Shown: piece by piece, positions 13,081 through 25,774 of the stretch
How the letters are laid out: each line of letters opens with the position of its first letter
Numbering within the stretch: position 1 is the stretch's first letter
NCBI GenBank assembly: GCA_963693365.1
Contig: CAVNZM010000001.1
Coordinates: forward strand, 16,673,840 to 16,737,839
Reading direction: 5' to 3'
DNA: 64,000 nt
Source: Amoebidium appalachense
Lineage: Eukaryota > Protista > Ichthyosporea
Position numbers and translations under genes: made by a program
Notes under the pieces: generated by a model
Told to the model about the DNA's origin: nothing
The model's input: the letters and a program-made list of their open reading frames with translations, nothing else
The model's database searches: none

Positions 13081-15120
13081 ATGGAAGGAGAGGGCGCCCC
13101 TGTAAGCAACACACTCCCTGAAGGGGGAACCTTACCAACAAGCACAAGTGTACGTCCAGAAGCGGAAAAACGCAACCGCTTTACGCTAATTTCACAGGGG
13201 ATAGCAACATCTAGGCAAGGAACTGCAGACAAGTCTAGAGAGAGTGATCAAGCGTTGGAAGCAAGAGCTTCATGGGGTAGTGAAACAAGTGGACAGACAG
13301 CTGCAACACAATCAGGCACTAGCCCTAAAGTACACCGTTTTTCTGTTTCATACTCCAGTAGGCAACAGCGTGCATCACCTACCATTTCGCAGCAACAAGG
13401 AACTCAAGGGCAAACATGTGCAACACAACCACAGCAAGCACACGCCCCAGCAACGAGATCCCGTTCTTCTAACGCAGGAAATACACCGGCTATGACACAA
13501 CTCTCCCCCACCGCCCCACCATCGGCGGGGAGTAATCTTTCATTTGAGCCGTGGGCAGCTGGGTCCCCACTGGGCCCAGGAACGTCCTCTAACGAGTTTT
13601 ATTCGGACGGCAACTTTGCATCCTCGGCAGATGAGATGTCAGCCTTTTCACAGTTTCCCATGCCGGTTGAATCGCAGCTAGCAGCACTCATCCAAGCCGT
13701 GAGAAGGCAACAGCAGCAGCAGGAGGAGCAAGAACGTGCGCTTGTAGCCGCTGTGAGGGAGCTAGCACAGAGAACATTGAGATCGAACGAAGAACTTCAA
13801 AGGAGAATCAGCACGCTCGAGGCCCTATGCTGCGAGCAGCAGACCATACTAAGACATGTGCTCAGGAGGGCGGGTATGCAGACAGGGGTTGCAAACGGAG
13901 ATGCAGAGGCCCAGAGACCAGCAGAGGTGTTTGGTGAGGGCAAGGGTGACAACGAGCAGCTGATAGAGACGCTGATAAAGCTCGATATGCAGGTATGCTA
14001 CTTCCCCCCCTCCCCCCCTCCCCCTCCAAAAAAAACTTCCCACACACACACGCACACAACGGCCCCCTTTCCCCCTCTTCCCCCAGCCCTCATCAGCTGC
14101 CTTCCTCGCGCTCTCATTCCCTCCCTTTCTCACCGGCCTTTCAGTTTAGCAAATACTCTGGGTCGGCATTCACCGACTTTCCCCCTCTCCCTCTCTCTCC
14201 CTCTCCTTCTCCATTCCTGAACGATTCTAAATTCCAAATCGTTGCCCACGCTTCAGCTATCATGCACACGTGCAAGCACACTATACAAATACTGATTTAC
14301 AACACACTGTATTTCTATTTGTTTTATTACATCCCCAACACACACTCTGCACCCCTTCCCCTCGTGCGCCCCTTCCTCCCCCCCCCCCCCCCCCCTTCCC
14401 CCCTCCCCCAAGTTCAAAAGACGTTGTTGTCTGATAAAGGTTTCACACCCCGAGGCTAAGGGGTCGAAACTCATCGCAGTTCATGATTGCCCCCCCCCCC
14501 CCCCCCCCCCCCCCCTTTTCCCCCACACCACCACCACACAAACACACACATCCCTTCCTCCTAACCCTCCACCCCCCCTTCCCCCTCCCCACCACCCACA
14601 CACACACACACTCCTCTGTGAGGCTGAGTTCTGCTTACGTTGCATACTGTACCGTCACTGATGGTGAATACTTGAATGGTTGCTTTTTTTCCCTTGTGCC
14701 CCCATTTCCACCCCCACCCCCACCCCCCCCCCCCCCCCCCTCCCCCCCGGTCCCCAACTAGCCCAACTACTGGTCTTTTGGTATTCCTCAATCCCTCTTT
14801 CCGTCAACCAAAACAAGTTCAGTTAGCCCCCCTTCTTAACCCCCTCCCCCCCCCCCCCCCCCCCCCCCCTCTCTTCCCTCCCTCCCTCCCCCCCCCCCCC
14901 CCTCCCCCCTCCTTTCCTCCCTCCCTCTATCTTGGTCCATCCCCCTCAACTCACCCTCACCCATAGACCCAGTTGAAGGGCCCCGCCCCTGCCCTCTTTC
15001 ACATGCCACAATCTCTCCCCTTGCTTTTGCTTTTCATTTTCTCATATTGTTTTTCTTTTACAGGTGGAAGAGCTGAGACGAGAGAACACGGAGCTGAAAG
15101 GTCAGCTGGGCCTCGGCTGA
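13081..15120 (+). CDS. Two-exon protein of unknown function: disordered S/T/Q-rich N-terminus and C-terminal coiled coils
   Basis: Exon 1 13081-13992 (ATG...CAG|GTATGC, phase 0); exon 2 15064-15120 after a polypyrimidine tract and TACAG, giving LIETLIKLDMQ|VEELRRENTELKGQLGLG*. Confidence 0.72.
14409..14690 (+). mobile_element. Degenerate Penelope-like 3'-end remnant in an intron, interrupted by poly-C/(CA)n
   Basis: ggctaaggggtcgaaactca is shared with the reverse complement of the 52647-52874 copy; tgagg...tctgctta...gcatactg at about 14619-14650 matches the family consensus. Confidence 0.55.
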
Positions 15121-15929
15121 TTGTTTGCTCCTCGGACTAAAACACATGCACGGTTTAACAGGCATGTCTGTGTGCATGTTGGTGACTCTATGGGTACACA
15201 TACCTCACCTTTGCTTGTTTCACCTTAGATTGTTTCACCTTTGCGTGTTTATTGCTAGAGTATTGATGTAATGGCTTGTGTGGGTGGATGGACACAAACA
15301 CACCCACACGTCTATGTGCCATCGGCACTTCGCGGATGGAAAACAATGCACGAACAATGCACGAACACACACAAACCACTCGATCACTGTGCATGTGCAG
15401 GCACACACGTGCGCCTACAGCAGCACATCTCCGCTTTCTTCACCTGAATTCATCCTCTTAGGGTTTTTGGTTGATAATTAAGATATCTGGTGTTTTTGAT
15501 GTATATAGTCAAACTGTACATACATGGCCCGTTTTTATATGTGCAAATTTCCTTTTCAAGCGCAGTAAAACAAGGTTAAGTGCTGTATGCTGGAGTTAAT
15601 GGTTTTGCCTAGCACCACCCTAGATAGAGACGTTTTGTTTTTTAACAGTCCTCCCTTTACCCCTCTGGTTTGGTCGTTCGTATGAAATCAATATGTTCAT
15701 GCCAACGTCACTTGTCGAATAACAAGTATGTGATCGAGGAAGATTCACTGGCTTTCACACTGAGTTCATCGTCTCCCCCCCCCCCCCCCCCAACAAACAC
15801 ACACACACACACCATACCACCACCACAACCACAAACACAACCTCAACCACCACCACCACAACAACAACAATAACCACAACGACCAAAACCACTAACCACC
15901 CTACCACACGCCAACACGAAAATACGCCC

Positions 15930-16859
15930 GTGTCTGTGTTTGATTTTTCCACACTCTACACCAAGATTGACTTGCATGATTTGAAAGCTCGCCTCACTAC
16001 ACTGATTGACGCGATATTTGTCAAAAAATGCACGGACGCTCGCAAACCACACATGTTTATTAAGAAAACCGGCTCCATGTTGTCCTGGGTGGATCGTGTA
16101 GATGATGATTCCCATGATGATTCCTTTGAGCCTAAAGAACATTCTCTGCATCTCTCTAAGGCACAGCTTGTGGATTTTCTATGTTTCCTCGTAGATAACA
16201 TATATGTTGTGTTTGGCGATACCCTCTACAAACAGGACATTGGTATCCCCATGGGTACAAACTGTGCTGTTTTCTTGGCTAATTTCTATCTCTTTACTTA
16301 TGAGTTGGATTTTGTTCGCAAGCTTATTGCACACGACCGCATTGATGTCTTGGTAGATTTTCAGTTTACTCGCCGCTACATAGATGATTTGATCTCCCTT
16401 CATAATCCTCGCATTCTCTCCCACCTCTATTTAGAAGATTGTGATTTCGGTCTATATCCCAAGACCAGCCTTCAACTCAACCCTGCCGGTTCCTCCCCCT
16501 CTGTCCCCTACCTCGACTTGCATATCACCTGCACTAATCACGGCATTCACACAACCATCTACAACAAGCTCGACACACCCACGTTCAATACACTAGACAT
16601 TGTTCGTTTCCCACATCACGACTCATTCATCTCCCGCACTGCAAAATACGGCATCATGACAAGTCAAATGCATAGCTACCAGCGCAAATGCTCCACACTT
16701 GCTGCATTCACCACATGCACTGCACGACTTGCTAAAACATTGCTTAACAAAGGCTACTCGTTTAGACTCTTGCACCACAAAATGCACAGCTTTCTCGCCA
16801 CACACCCGCACATGATACCGTGGCGTTCACTCCTCTCACATACTCTCCATCATCACTAA
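15930..16859 (+). pseudogene. 5'-truncated reverse transcriptase of a Penelope-like retroelement (RT motifs A-E plus thumb; no C-terminal GIY-YIG)
   Basis: FDFSTLYTKI (motif A), YKQDIGIPMGTNCAVFLANFYL (motif B), RRYIDDL (motif C), PYLDL, TTIYNK and FPHHDSFI are characteristic of PLE RTs. The ORF is open but begins at motif A, next to a (CCA/CAA)n tract. Confidence 0.9.
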
Positions 16860-17256
16860 AAAGATCAACACTCCCTAGTCCCCCACTCTATCCCGATTCC
16901 CCCCCCCCCCCTCCCCCCCTCCCCCCTACCAGCCCCTACACCTCCCCCCCCCCCCCCCCTCCCTCCCTCTCTCTCTCCCTCTCTCTCTCCCTCTCCCTCT
17001 CTCTCCCTCCCTCTCTCTCTCTCTCTGTCTCCCCCTCTCTCTCTCTTTCGTTCTCGCTCGTTCTCTCCCTCCCTCTCTCTCTCTCTCCCTCTCCCCCTCT
17101 CTCCCCCCTCCCCCCTCCCCCCCCCCCCTCTCTCCCCCCGCTCCTTTTCCCAAACAATTCCCCCGCCGTTCTTCTTTCTCAGCCGGCTAAGTTTTTTGGG
17201 TTGCCTGGTAAGTTTTGAAATGGAGCTCTCGTCTCTGATCTGTCCACCACAGGGTT

Positions 17257-17296
<40 letters not shown>

Positions 17297-17494
17297 TTCC
17301 CCCCCTCCCTCCCTCCCCTCCCTTCGCCCTTTTTTTTTTTTTTTTTTTTTCTTTCCTTCTCCCTCCCCCCCCCCCCCCTCCCTCCCTCCCTCCTCTAGAT
17401 CCCTTCGCCCTTCGCCCTTCCCCGGCCTACTCCCCCCCCCCTCCCCCCCCCCCCCTTCCCCTCGTACCTTCTTTCCCCCCCCCCCCCCCCCCCC

Positions 17495-17537
<43 letters not shown>

Positions 17538-17573
17538 CCGCCGACCAAACCATGTATACACTCTTCTCATCAG

Positions 17574-17896
17574 CAGGTCTCTAACCCACTCTGCAGAACG
17601 TTTTACACATTTCTCCCCTTGGAGAACTTGGTCGTTGGTGCGTTTTTGTCTGATATCTAACGACTCTGCAGGGTCCCCTGAGACTACTGACACTCTAACA
17701 TTCCCTCCCTTCTTACTTCCCCCCCCCCCCCCCCCCCCCCTTCCCCCTCCTCCTTCCCCTCCCATTTTCTCTGCACACTCAACAGGTCTTAACCAGCTCT
17801 GCACATCGTTAGTCACAATCTTCTCACATATATGAGAGAATGATCGTATTGGTACGATTTGTCTAATATCTGACGATTCTGCAGCATCTCTAAGAC
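17574..17896 (+). ncRNA. Two diverged tandem copies of a putative multibranch RNA structure in the PLE 3' region
   Basis: Copy 1 17574-17684 and copy 2 17783-17896 share caggtct..taacc..ctctgca...ttctc...gagaa...ttgtct.atatct.acga.tctgcag. Stems are retained with compensatory changes (ttctcc/ggagaa versus ttctca/tgagag). Confidence 0.5.
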
Positions 17897-17937
17897 CCCC
17901 TCCCCCTCCCCCTCCCCCCCCCCCCCACACACACACA

Positions 17938-17981
<44 letters not shown>

Positions 17982-18602
17982 TTTTTTTTTTTTTGGCGCC
18001 TGTTGTTTTGCTTGTCATTTGTTATTCTGGTTGATTACTGTAATCTTCGCTTATTTATGTGTGTGTGTGTGTGTGTGTGTGTGTTGTGCGGGGTTGCACA
18101 TACCGGTGTCTACTTTTCTTCCTACTGTTTTTCTCTCCACACACTTCATCTGTCCACTTCTGCATACCCCCTTTCATAGCTATAGACACACTTCACACAT
18201 TGCGTTACGCGCACGCATGCACACACCGCTCTGTTGGCGACAGCTCCCTTGGAACCCATGCGGCATGTTACCCGCCGGCGTAACATACCTCGGACTATCG
18301 GTTTGGCTTTTTTCAAGCCCAAAGCAATGGGTGATACCATATTTCCGGCTGACATCCGGGGGCATAGCTTTCCGTTCGAAGACGATAAAGTTCCGCCCTA
18401 GTAAGCCTGTTACTACCCTGCGGCGTGGGTCAAATCTCATATTTTCCCCTCTGATTGCGAATTCTGCGGCTTCGGGACTTAATTCTTTTCAGCTGGTGTA
18501 GTATGTTAGCCAGGGAAGTATCGACTTAGGTATCGACGGGGGAGCTTCCTAGAAGCCCCGTCTCCTGAGTTCCTATCTATATTTTTCTTGTTTCTGCTTA
18601 CT

Positions 18603-18884
18603 GCTGCAACTTTAACCCCCGGCCTTTCCCACTGCCCTTGCCTGCATAAGCAACCCTGCTCGTCTCTGATCAAGACGGGTGACCTACCCATGTTCAAGTG
18701 AAACAGTATCTGAGTTGGGTTTCGTTAACGAGGGGAATAGGTCGAAACTCGGGTACTGTGGATGACGTGGGCCCCCCCTGAGGATGGGCTCTGCTTATTA
18801 TACATACTCTTTATGTATGGCTTGCATTCTGCATCGTGTTATCCGTTTGTTCTTGTGTACTTCGTACTTTTTGACGCATTCAAA
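18603..18884 (+). repeat. PLE 3'-terminal repeat, copy A
   Basis: Nearly identical (two substitutions seen) to the reverse complement of 57685-57967; ends in cattcaaa followed by poly-C. Confidence 0.92.
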
Positions 18885-18934
18885 CCGCCCCCCCCCCCCT
18901 TCTCCCCGGCCCCAAAACACAAACACCATTGACT

Positions 18935-19037
<103 letters not shown>

Positions 19038-19150
19038 ACAACCACGACCACAACCACCACCACCACCACCACCACCACAGTAATAACAACAACAACCGCT
19101 ACTCTCCCCCTCTCCCCCCCCACCGGCCACAAAACAAAGCACACACTTGA

Positions 19151-19190
<40 letters not shown>

Positions 19191-19539
19191 TCACACACAT
19201 GTATACATGGACGCTTTCTCTCTCACTCGCACTCCTCAAGTAAGCCACACACATACACACACACACACACACACTTACACGTACATACATACACGCACAC
19301 ACACACCGTTGAAAGGAAACACACATGCCTAATCCCCCCTCCCCCCCCCCCCCCCGGCCTGCCCTTCCCCCTGCTCCTCTCTTCCCCCCTCCCCTCCTCC
19401 TCCCCCCCCCCCCCCTCAGGGCTTCCCCCCCATAAAAATGGAGGAAAAAAACAGAAGATCTGCTGTTGACACCAAGGACTTGTTACCCTCCCCCTGCCCC
19501 CCTCCCCCCCTCCAAGGGTCCCCTCCCCCCTGTGCGCGT

Positions 19540-19595
<56 letters not shown>

Positions 19596-19608
19596 ACCCA
19601 CCCACACA

Positions 19609-19778
<170 letters not shown>

Positions 19779-20116
19779 GCGGTCCGACCCGTGGACCCAA
19801 AAAAACCTGAGGAAGTTTAAAAAAAATTTTGACGTGCAAACACAAAGAAAAACAAGATAGAAAAAAATACAGGTTTGTAACAAAGTTCGGTCTCAACTTT
19901 AGAACTATGTAGTACACTTATAATGATTGAACAGTGAAATGCTTTTCTTCGAAGATCAGATTCTGGAGGCCTGCAATCTTCCTTTTGATCTGCGCTGTTC
20001 AGTGTCTCTCGCCTGTGTATTATCATGTGCATATCTCGGCGTCCGTCTTTCCCAACACAATCATAGGCCAATAGAATCCCCCCTCCCCCCCTCCCCCCCC
20101 CCCCCCCCCCCCTCCC

Positions 20117-20226
20117 CTTCACAAACAGCTTCTTTTAAGCTCTAGCAAAAGGGGGAGGAAGGGTGGGGGGGATGCATGTGGGGGGCCTTCACAAACAGCT
20201 TCTTTTGAGCTCTAGCAAAGGGGGGA
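20117..20226. repeat. ~40-bp direct repeat pair
   Basis: ccttcacaaacagcttctttt(a/g)agctctagcaaa occurs at about 20117 and 20187. Confidence 0.85.
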
Positions 20227-20523
20227 GGAAGGGTGTGTGTGTGGGGGGGGGGGGGGGGGGGGGGGGGGGGGTCAACTTGGTTGTAGCACAAGAAAACGAA
20301 GAAAAAGAGAAAGAAAAAGGTTTTACGCTCATGCCTCAAGGCAGTTATCTCTTCGTGCAGGAGATCATTACCTGTCCATGTCACGTTACCAGACGATATT
20401 TTTCGATCTTGTGTTGCAGAACAGCTGGTACTTCTTTGCTCACGAAAAACTTCTTTCTTTCTCTTTTTTTTCGGTTTTTTGGTGGCGCCACATGCTATAC
20501 TGGTTGTACATGTACAGCCACTG

Positions 20524-20561
<38 letters not shown>

Positions 20562-20728
20562 ACGACGTTACGGTGTGTGTGTGTGTGTGTGTGTGTTTGG
20601 TGTGTGTGTGGCTCTGTGTGTGTGACTGTGTGTGTATGCGTCAAAGCACTTATGGTTTGTCTGTGTGTGTGTGGGGGGGGGGGGGGAGGGGAGGGGTGGC
20701 ATTTCGGTAGTTGTGGGCACAATGTCGT

Positions 20729-20792
<64 letters not shown>

Positions 20793-20925
20793 AGGGGAGG
20801 TTGGGAAGCTATAGCTACGATTCTGGAGAGGCTGAGTGCAGGGTGGCCGGTCGGACGTGCACGGGTCACCCATAGGATGGGTACTGGTGGTGGTGGTGGT
20901 GGCGGTGGGCCGGGGGGAGGGGGAG

Positions 20926-20965
<40 letters not shown>

Positions 20966-21061
20966 GGGGGGGGGGGGGAGGGGGGGGGGGGGTATTTCTG
21001 TATTTGTGTGCTCATGTATGTGCGACACTACCTGTATGTGTTGTTGTTGGGGGGGCCGAAG

Positions 21062-21099
<38 letters not shown>

Positions 21100-22490
21100 A
21101 GCGTCGTAGAGCGCGCACCAGTTGGGGGCATTTGCGAGTTTATGTTGGTAGGTGTTAAAAGCCTTAGTTATGTCAGACTGGACACAAACACATGACGCCT
21201 GGTGGTTTAACGCACAACAATAGGACGGGGTTTGCACATAAAACCCGGAGTCTATAAACTATAATCGCAACATGTGATTTGACGGGGAAAAGATTCACAT
21301 CAGACCGAAACCATGAAACCTTTTTTTTCTTTTGACTCGGGTTTATTGATCCGTTGATGAAGGCAACGTGCAGCCACAGGCTACATAACCACCAATAGAA
21401 CTGAAAAAGCCAAAGCTACGAAATAAAAAAGCGACAAGTGACAAAGGACACCGGCAGGCAAAACCGTAAGTGTACGTGTATGCGTGAAACTAGCTTGCTC
21501 CAACTAGTCATTTGCATCGATGTTGACCAGACCATACTCTGCAAGAAGACATCATTACTGCTCCTTCCCAACAGGCCCCCCTCAAAACCTATCGAGGCAC
21601 AGCAAGCAAGTCAGCCTCTAAAAGAGCAATGCAGACCAAATCTGAGCTAAAAAACAATCCCAACGGGCCCGGGCCCTAGATAACCCGGAGAAACTGCATC
21701 TAGCTCTCTGATAAGGTGGCCTAGTTGTGGCAGGACACACAGAAAAACACAATTAAAGAATGCATGCAAGCAAACCCGGTCATTGCCATACGACTGGAGG
21801 CTAAGGACTGGCAGTCACTTGGAAAGCTCCCCGACGACCAAGTAGCCGCCCCTCCACTCACGCAGCGCAGAAGTAGCTGAAGAAGTTGCAGCAGCCCACC
21901 GCCAATAGGTCGCGTAGAAGCGTAGACAGCGTGTAGAAGTTACCATAGGTTGCAGTGGACCACCAGGCGTTGAAGAAACCACTTCTCAAGCGAGAAACTC
22001 CGCGAAAGGGAGATGCCCCCACACTCTCACAGCTGTAGGAATACACCAGGCCACACCACACACACGCTGCAATCACGTTCCCCTGAGTGGGACTCCCTCC
22101 CACCACAAAAAGAAGAAACGAAAGCCTATATATACCTGCCATGGTGAAGAATCGGGAAAAAAAGTCGACGTCATGACAGCTAAGAGATCGAAGTGAAAGT
22201 GAAGTCAAGAAACCTAGGTGACAAGATGATAACCTATCTGACTTATATTATATCTGCATGGTGCATGTTCCGGGGTTCTAGAGCAAAATTACATAGAGAG
22301 GAACGTTTACCACGTATTTGTAACGAGTTCTTGCCGACGGTCACGGGGTACCCATCGAGTACCCATCTACAATAGGTATTCATGTCGACGATGTAGTAAC
22401 ATAAAGTATTCCAAACCATTAAAAACCCAACTATCTGCGATTAACTAAACATCACCCAACCACCATTCAATATAGCCGCACACACGCTGC

Positions 22491-22718
22491 CTATTTGGCC
22501 CTATTTGTAGTGCCGCGGCGGCAGGTTTTCTCCACGATAAGTTTGCGTAGGGCCATGTTTTGCGTCGTAAGTCTCCGGGCCACCACAGTTTGGTGCCGCA
22601 GTTTCGTACTGAGGTCGTCAATCTGAAAAATTTAAGCGGTGTTATGTTATAATCATCATTGTGTGATGAAAAACATAGAAAGGGTAGAATGTGGGTGAGA
22701 GGGAGATTGTTGCAGGGG

Positions 22719-22772
<54 letters not shown>

Positions 22773-23004
22773 GGTAAACGCAGGCATGGCGATTTATTGT
22801 TGTGGTGGTGCCGGTGATGATGGTTCGCATGTGTGCGTGTGGTGTTTGTGCGCGCGCGCACGTGTGTGAGTGGGTGTGTGCGTGTGCACACGCCGCGGTG
22901 TGCACTTTTTTTTTTCTTTTGTCTTTTTTCCTTTTCCCCCCTTTTAAACTTTTAAAGTTTGAAGTTTTTTTTTTTTTTTTTTTGTGGTGGTGGTGGTGGT
23001 GGTG

Positions 23005-23053
<49 letters not shown>

Positions 23054-24263
23054 GGGGGGGGGGGGGGGGGTTGGTTGGTTGGTTGGTTGGGCCAACCCGA
23101 ATAATGCAAACTAATCTAGCAGAGTGCAGATTAATTCATGGTGACCACAGCCTGCCACATTTGTTCGAGATTGAAGCTGAAACTGTTACATAAGTGCTAG
23201 GTGCTGAATGTCAAAAGTGAGGGGAGGGGAGCTCGAGAGGGATGAGCGGCCAGCGGGCTCACAATGCGAGGTGGAGGGCGGGTGGTGGTGGTGGTGGTGG
23301 TGGTATAGGGGGGGGGGGGGGGGGGGGGGGGGAGGGGGAGGGGGGAGAGGAGGGGGGGTATGGTGCACACCTTGACCTGCAGCACACTCTCCTCCAGCTT
23401 CTTACGGGCACGGTACAGCTTGCAGGCTATGCGGTTGCGCTCCTGAGACGTGCTGCGCCGCTGGCCGTGAAAGCGGTCATTCCTGAACATGTGCACATGG
23501 GGGGGTTAGAATGGTGCATGATTATGAATTTTCAAGTTGCATTTCATTTTTTTAATCGAGGAGAGACACGAGTGAGGTAAGACTATACACAGACACAAAC
23601 CGTGCTGAGACCCTGTCCATATGCCACAACTTGTGACAAGAAACAAAATGACCTGCCCCACAGTAAAACGAATCACTCACACGCACGATCGCGCCCGCGT
23701 GCGCGCACACACACACACATGACGAGTCCCTGCATCCCACATAAAGCTATATACCGGCCGCATTGTCACACCAAAACCACCTTTAATTCCTACCTGTTGC
23801 CACGTTTAGGGTTTTCAAACTTGCACTTCACCCGCTTGACCATCACTGCATGTTCATCGTTCACATCCCCAACAGTTACCTCCGCACTTGCAATGGTCTT
23901 CTGTATTGTCGCTGTGTTTTCTGCCTGTTGGTTTTAAACGGTTACGTTAGCAAATACATGTACACCGATCAAAAAAAAAAAAAAAAAAGAATGCACAGTT
24001 TCTCATCCGGAGAAATGTCTAACCCCCCCCCCCCCACCACCCCCACACGCACACACACAGACATACACACACACACACCCAAAAAAAAAAAAAAAAATAA
24101 AAATAAAGAAAAAGAAAGAAAGAAAAGAAAGAAAAAGCCTCATTATAAAAAGAACTCATGCCACTACTCCTCGTTTCGCTTCATCTTATAAGATTTTCTT
24201 TCCCCCCATGTCACCTAAACCACCACAGCGCACCACCCCCGGGGGTGTAGGTTTGTAAAAGGT

Positions 24264-24294
<31 letters not shown>

Positions 24295-25743
24295 GGGGGG
24301 GGGAGGCGGAGGGGGGGATCTGGTGTAATGATTAGCATACTCAGTTTGAAGTTTGTATACGCATTGTCGTTAGTACTGTGTGCATTGTCGTTAGTACTGT
24401 GTGCATTGGCGTGCACACATGGCTACACGTTTTTCGTTGTCGTTTTATAGAGTAGCTCTCAACTCTCTACTTGATCTTTTTCTTTTTCTTTGCCCCCTCT
24501 CTCTCTCTCTCTCCCCCCCCCCCCCCCCACACACACACACACACACACACCTTTTTTTTTTTTTTTTTTTTACGAGGTGGTGGTGGTGATGGTGCTGGGT
24601 GGGTGGGTGGGTGGTTGATTGGGCACCGGAGGAATGGGTGGGGGGGAACGGGAAGAGAACATATTGCATGCTTTCAAACACGGGAAAGGGGAGTTGACCC
24701 ACCTCCATCAGTATCAGGTCCGTCTGTGTGAGAGATCTCCTGCGCCCCTTTTGATTGTTGACTCGGGCCACACGGGCACGCTTTGCTTTGGGCTGCTGTC
24801 CTTCTCCCTCCGTTTTCGTCGACTCTTGCTTCTCCACAGCACCCCAACTCGCACGTTTTCGCAGTTTTCTGGGTTCGGTCATGTCTTCGTTGGTTGTTTC
24901 TGTGTCAGCGGTTGCAGGCGTGGGGGCAGGGGTACGGGGCTTGGGCATTTTGGTCACAGAGATAGTGGCAAGGGACGGTTGCATGGGGGCAGAGAAGGTG
25001 GTGGAAAAAGGCAGTAGCTTTGTGGGTTTGCTCGGGGGTTGGTGGGTGCACACTGGCTGCTGCTGGAATATTGGGTGATTTGAGGGGTGGAGGGGGATGA
25101 GGGAGGGAGGAGGGGGGGGGGGGGGGGGGGAAGGATGTGTTGGGTTAATGTTAATGATGGTGGTGTGTGCGTGTGTGTTTTGGGGGGAGGACGAAAAGAT
25201 GGGGGCAGAAAATGGGGGAGAGGGAGTGGGAGGAGGAGGGGGGCAGAGGGGATAGATGAAGGATAAATCAGACGTACTTCCTTCTTCTTTTTTTGCATTG
25301 GATGTAAGGAGAGAAGGGTGTGTGGGATGGTGGAGGGTGAGAGAGACACATTAGTTAGCTCAATTGATTAGTATTGACAAGACAAAAGGACCGATGCATG
25401 CTCTCTTAGTCCCCCCCCCCCCCCCCCCCTCCCCCCCCCCTTCTCTTAACCACCACTCAACCCCACCCCCTATAATCCGAGGGCCTTTCCTTCTCTTATC
25501 CATCCCCTTTGCTCTTAAATATTTTCCTGAGTCAGGTCATTCACATGCCTTGTAGCTCGTTTTCAAGACTTTCTTCCCGCTATGTATATTTCAGCAACAG
25601 CTAACTAATTGTGTGTGTGTGCTACAGTGCACGTATGTGAGTGTGTCTGGTGTGTTTTTGTGTGCCTGTGCCCCACGGGGAGTGCTGACTGGGCGAGAGA
25701 GGAGAGCAACGGGGGCCTGAGGGGGATGGGGGCATGTTTGTGT

Positions 25744-25774
<31 letters not shown>

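Larger units (their letters stand above)
15900..18884 (+). mobile_element. Penelope-like retroelement (probably Naiad/Chlamys-type), 5'-truncated, with a ~2-kb structured 3' region
   Basis: RT ORF followed on the same strand by a hairpin-rich region ending in ...gacgcattcaaa + poly-C. The terminal 282 bp recur elsewhere as 5'-truncated copies. Linkage of the ORF to this 3' end is inferred from co-orientation and proximity. Confidence 0.62.

Noticed and set aside
18655-18800. Canonical type I hammerhead ribozyme in the PLE terminal repeat
   Set aside because: CTGATCA and TTAACGA deviate from CUGANGA, stems I and II could not be formed convincingly, and the GUH site is not conserved in the 52647 copy. 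Kept only as a non-canonical hypothesis.
18760-18800. SECIS element (selenoprotein-coding PLEs are known)
   Set aside because: ATGA is present, but the apical AA and the 3' GA of the quartet are missing, and the RT ORF has no in-frame TGA.
21430-22210. Non-repetitive block possibly from a decayed element or endogenous virus
   Set aside because: Only short ORFs and no recognisable integrase, recombinase, capsid or polymerase motifs.
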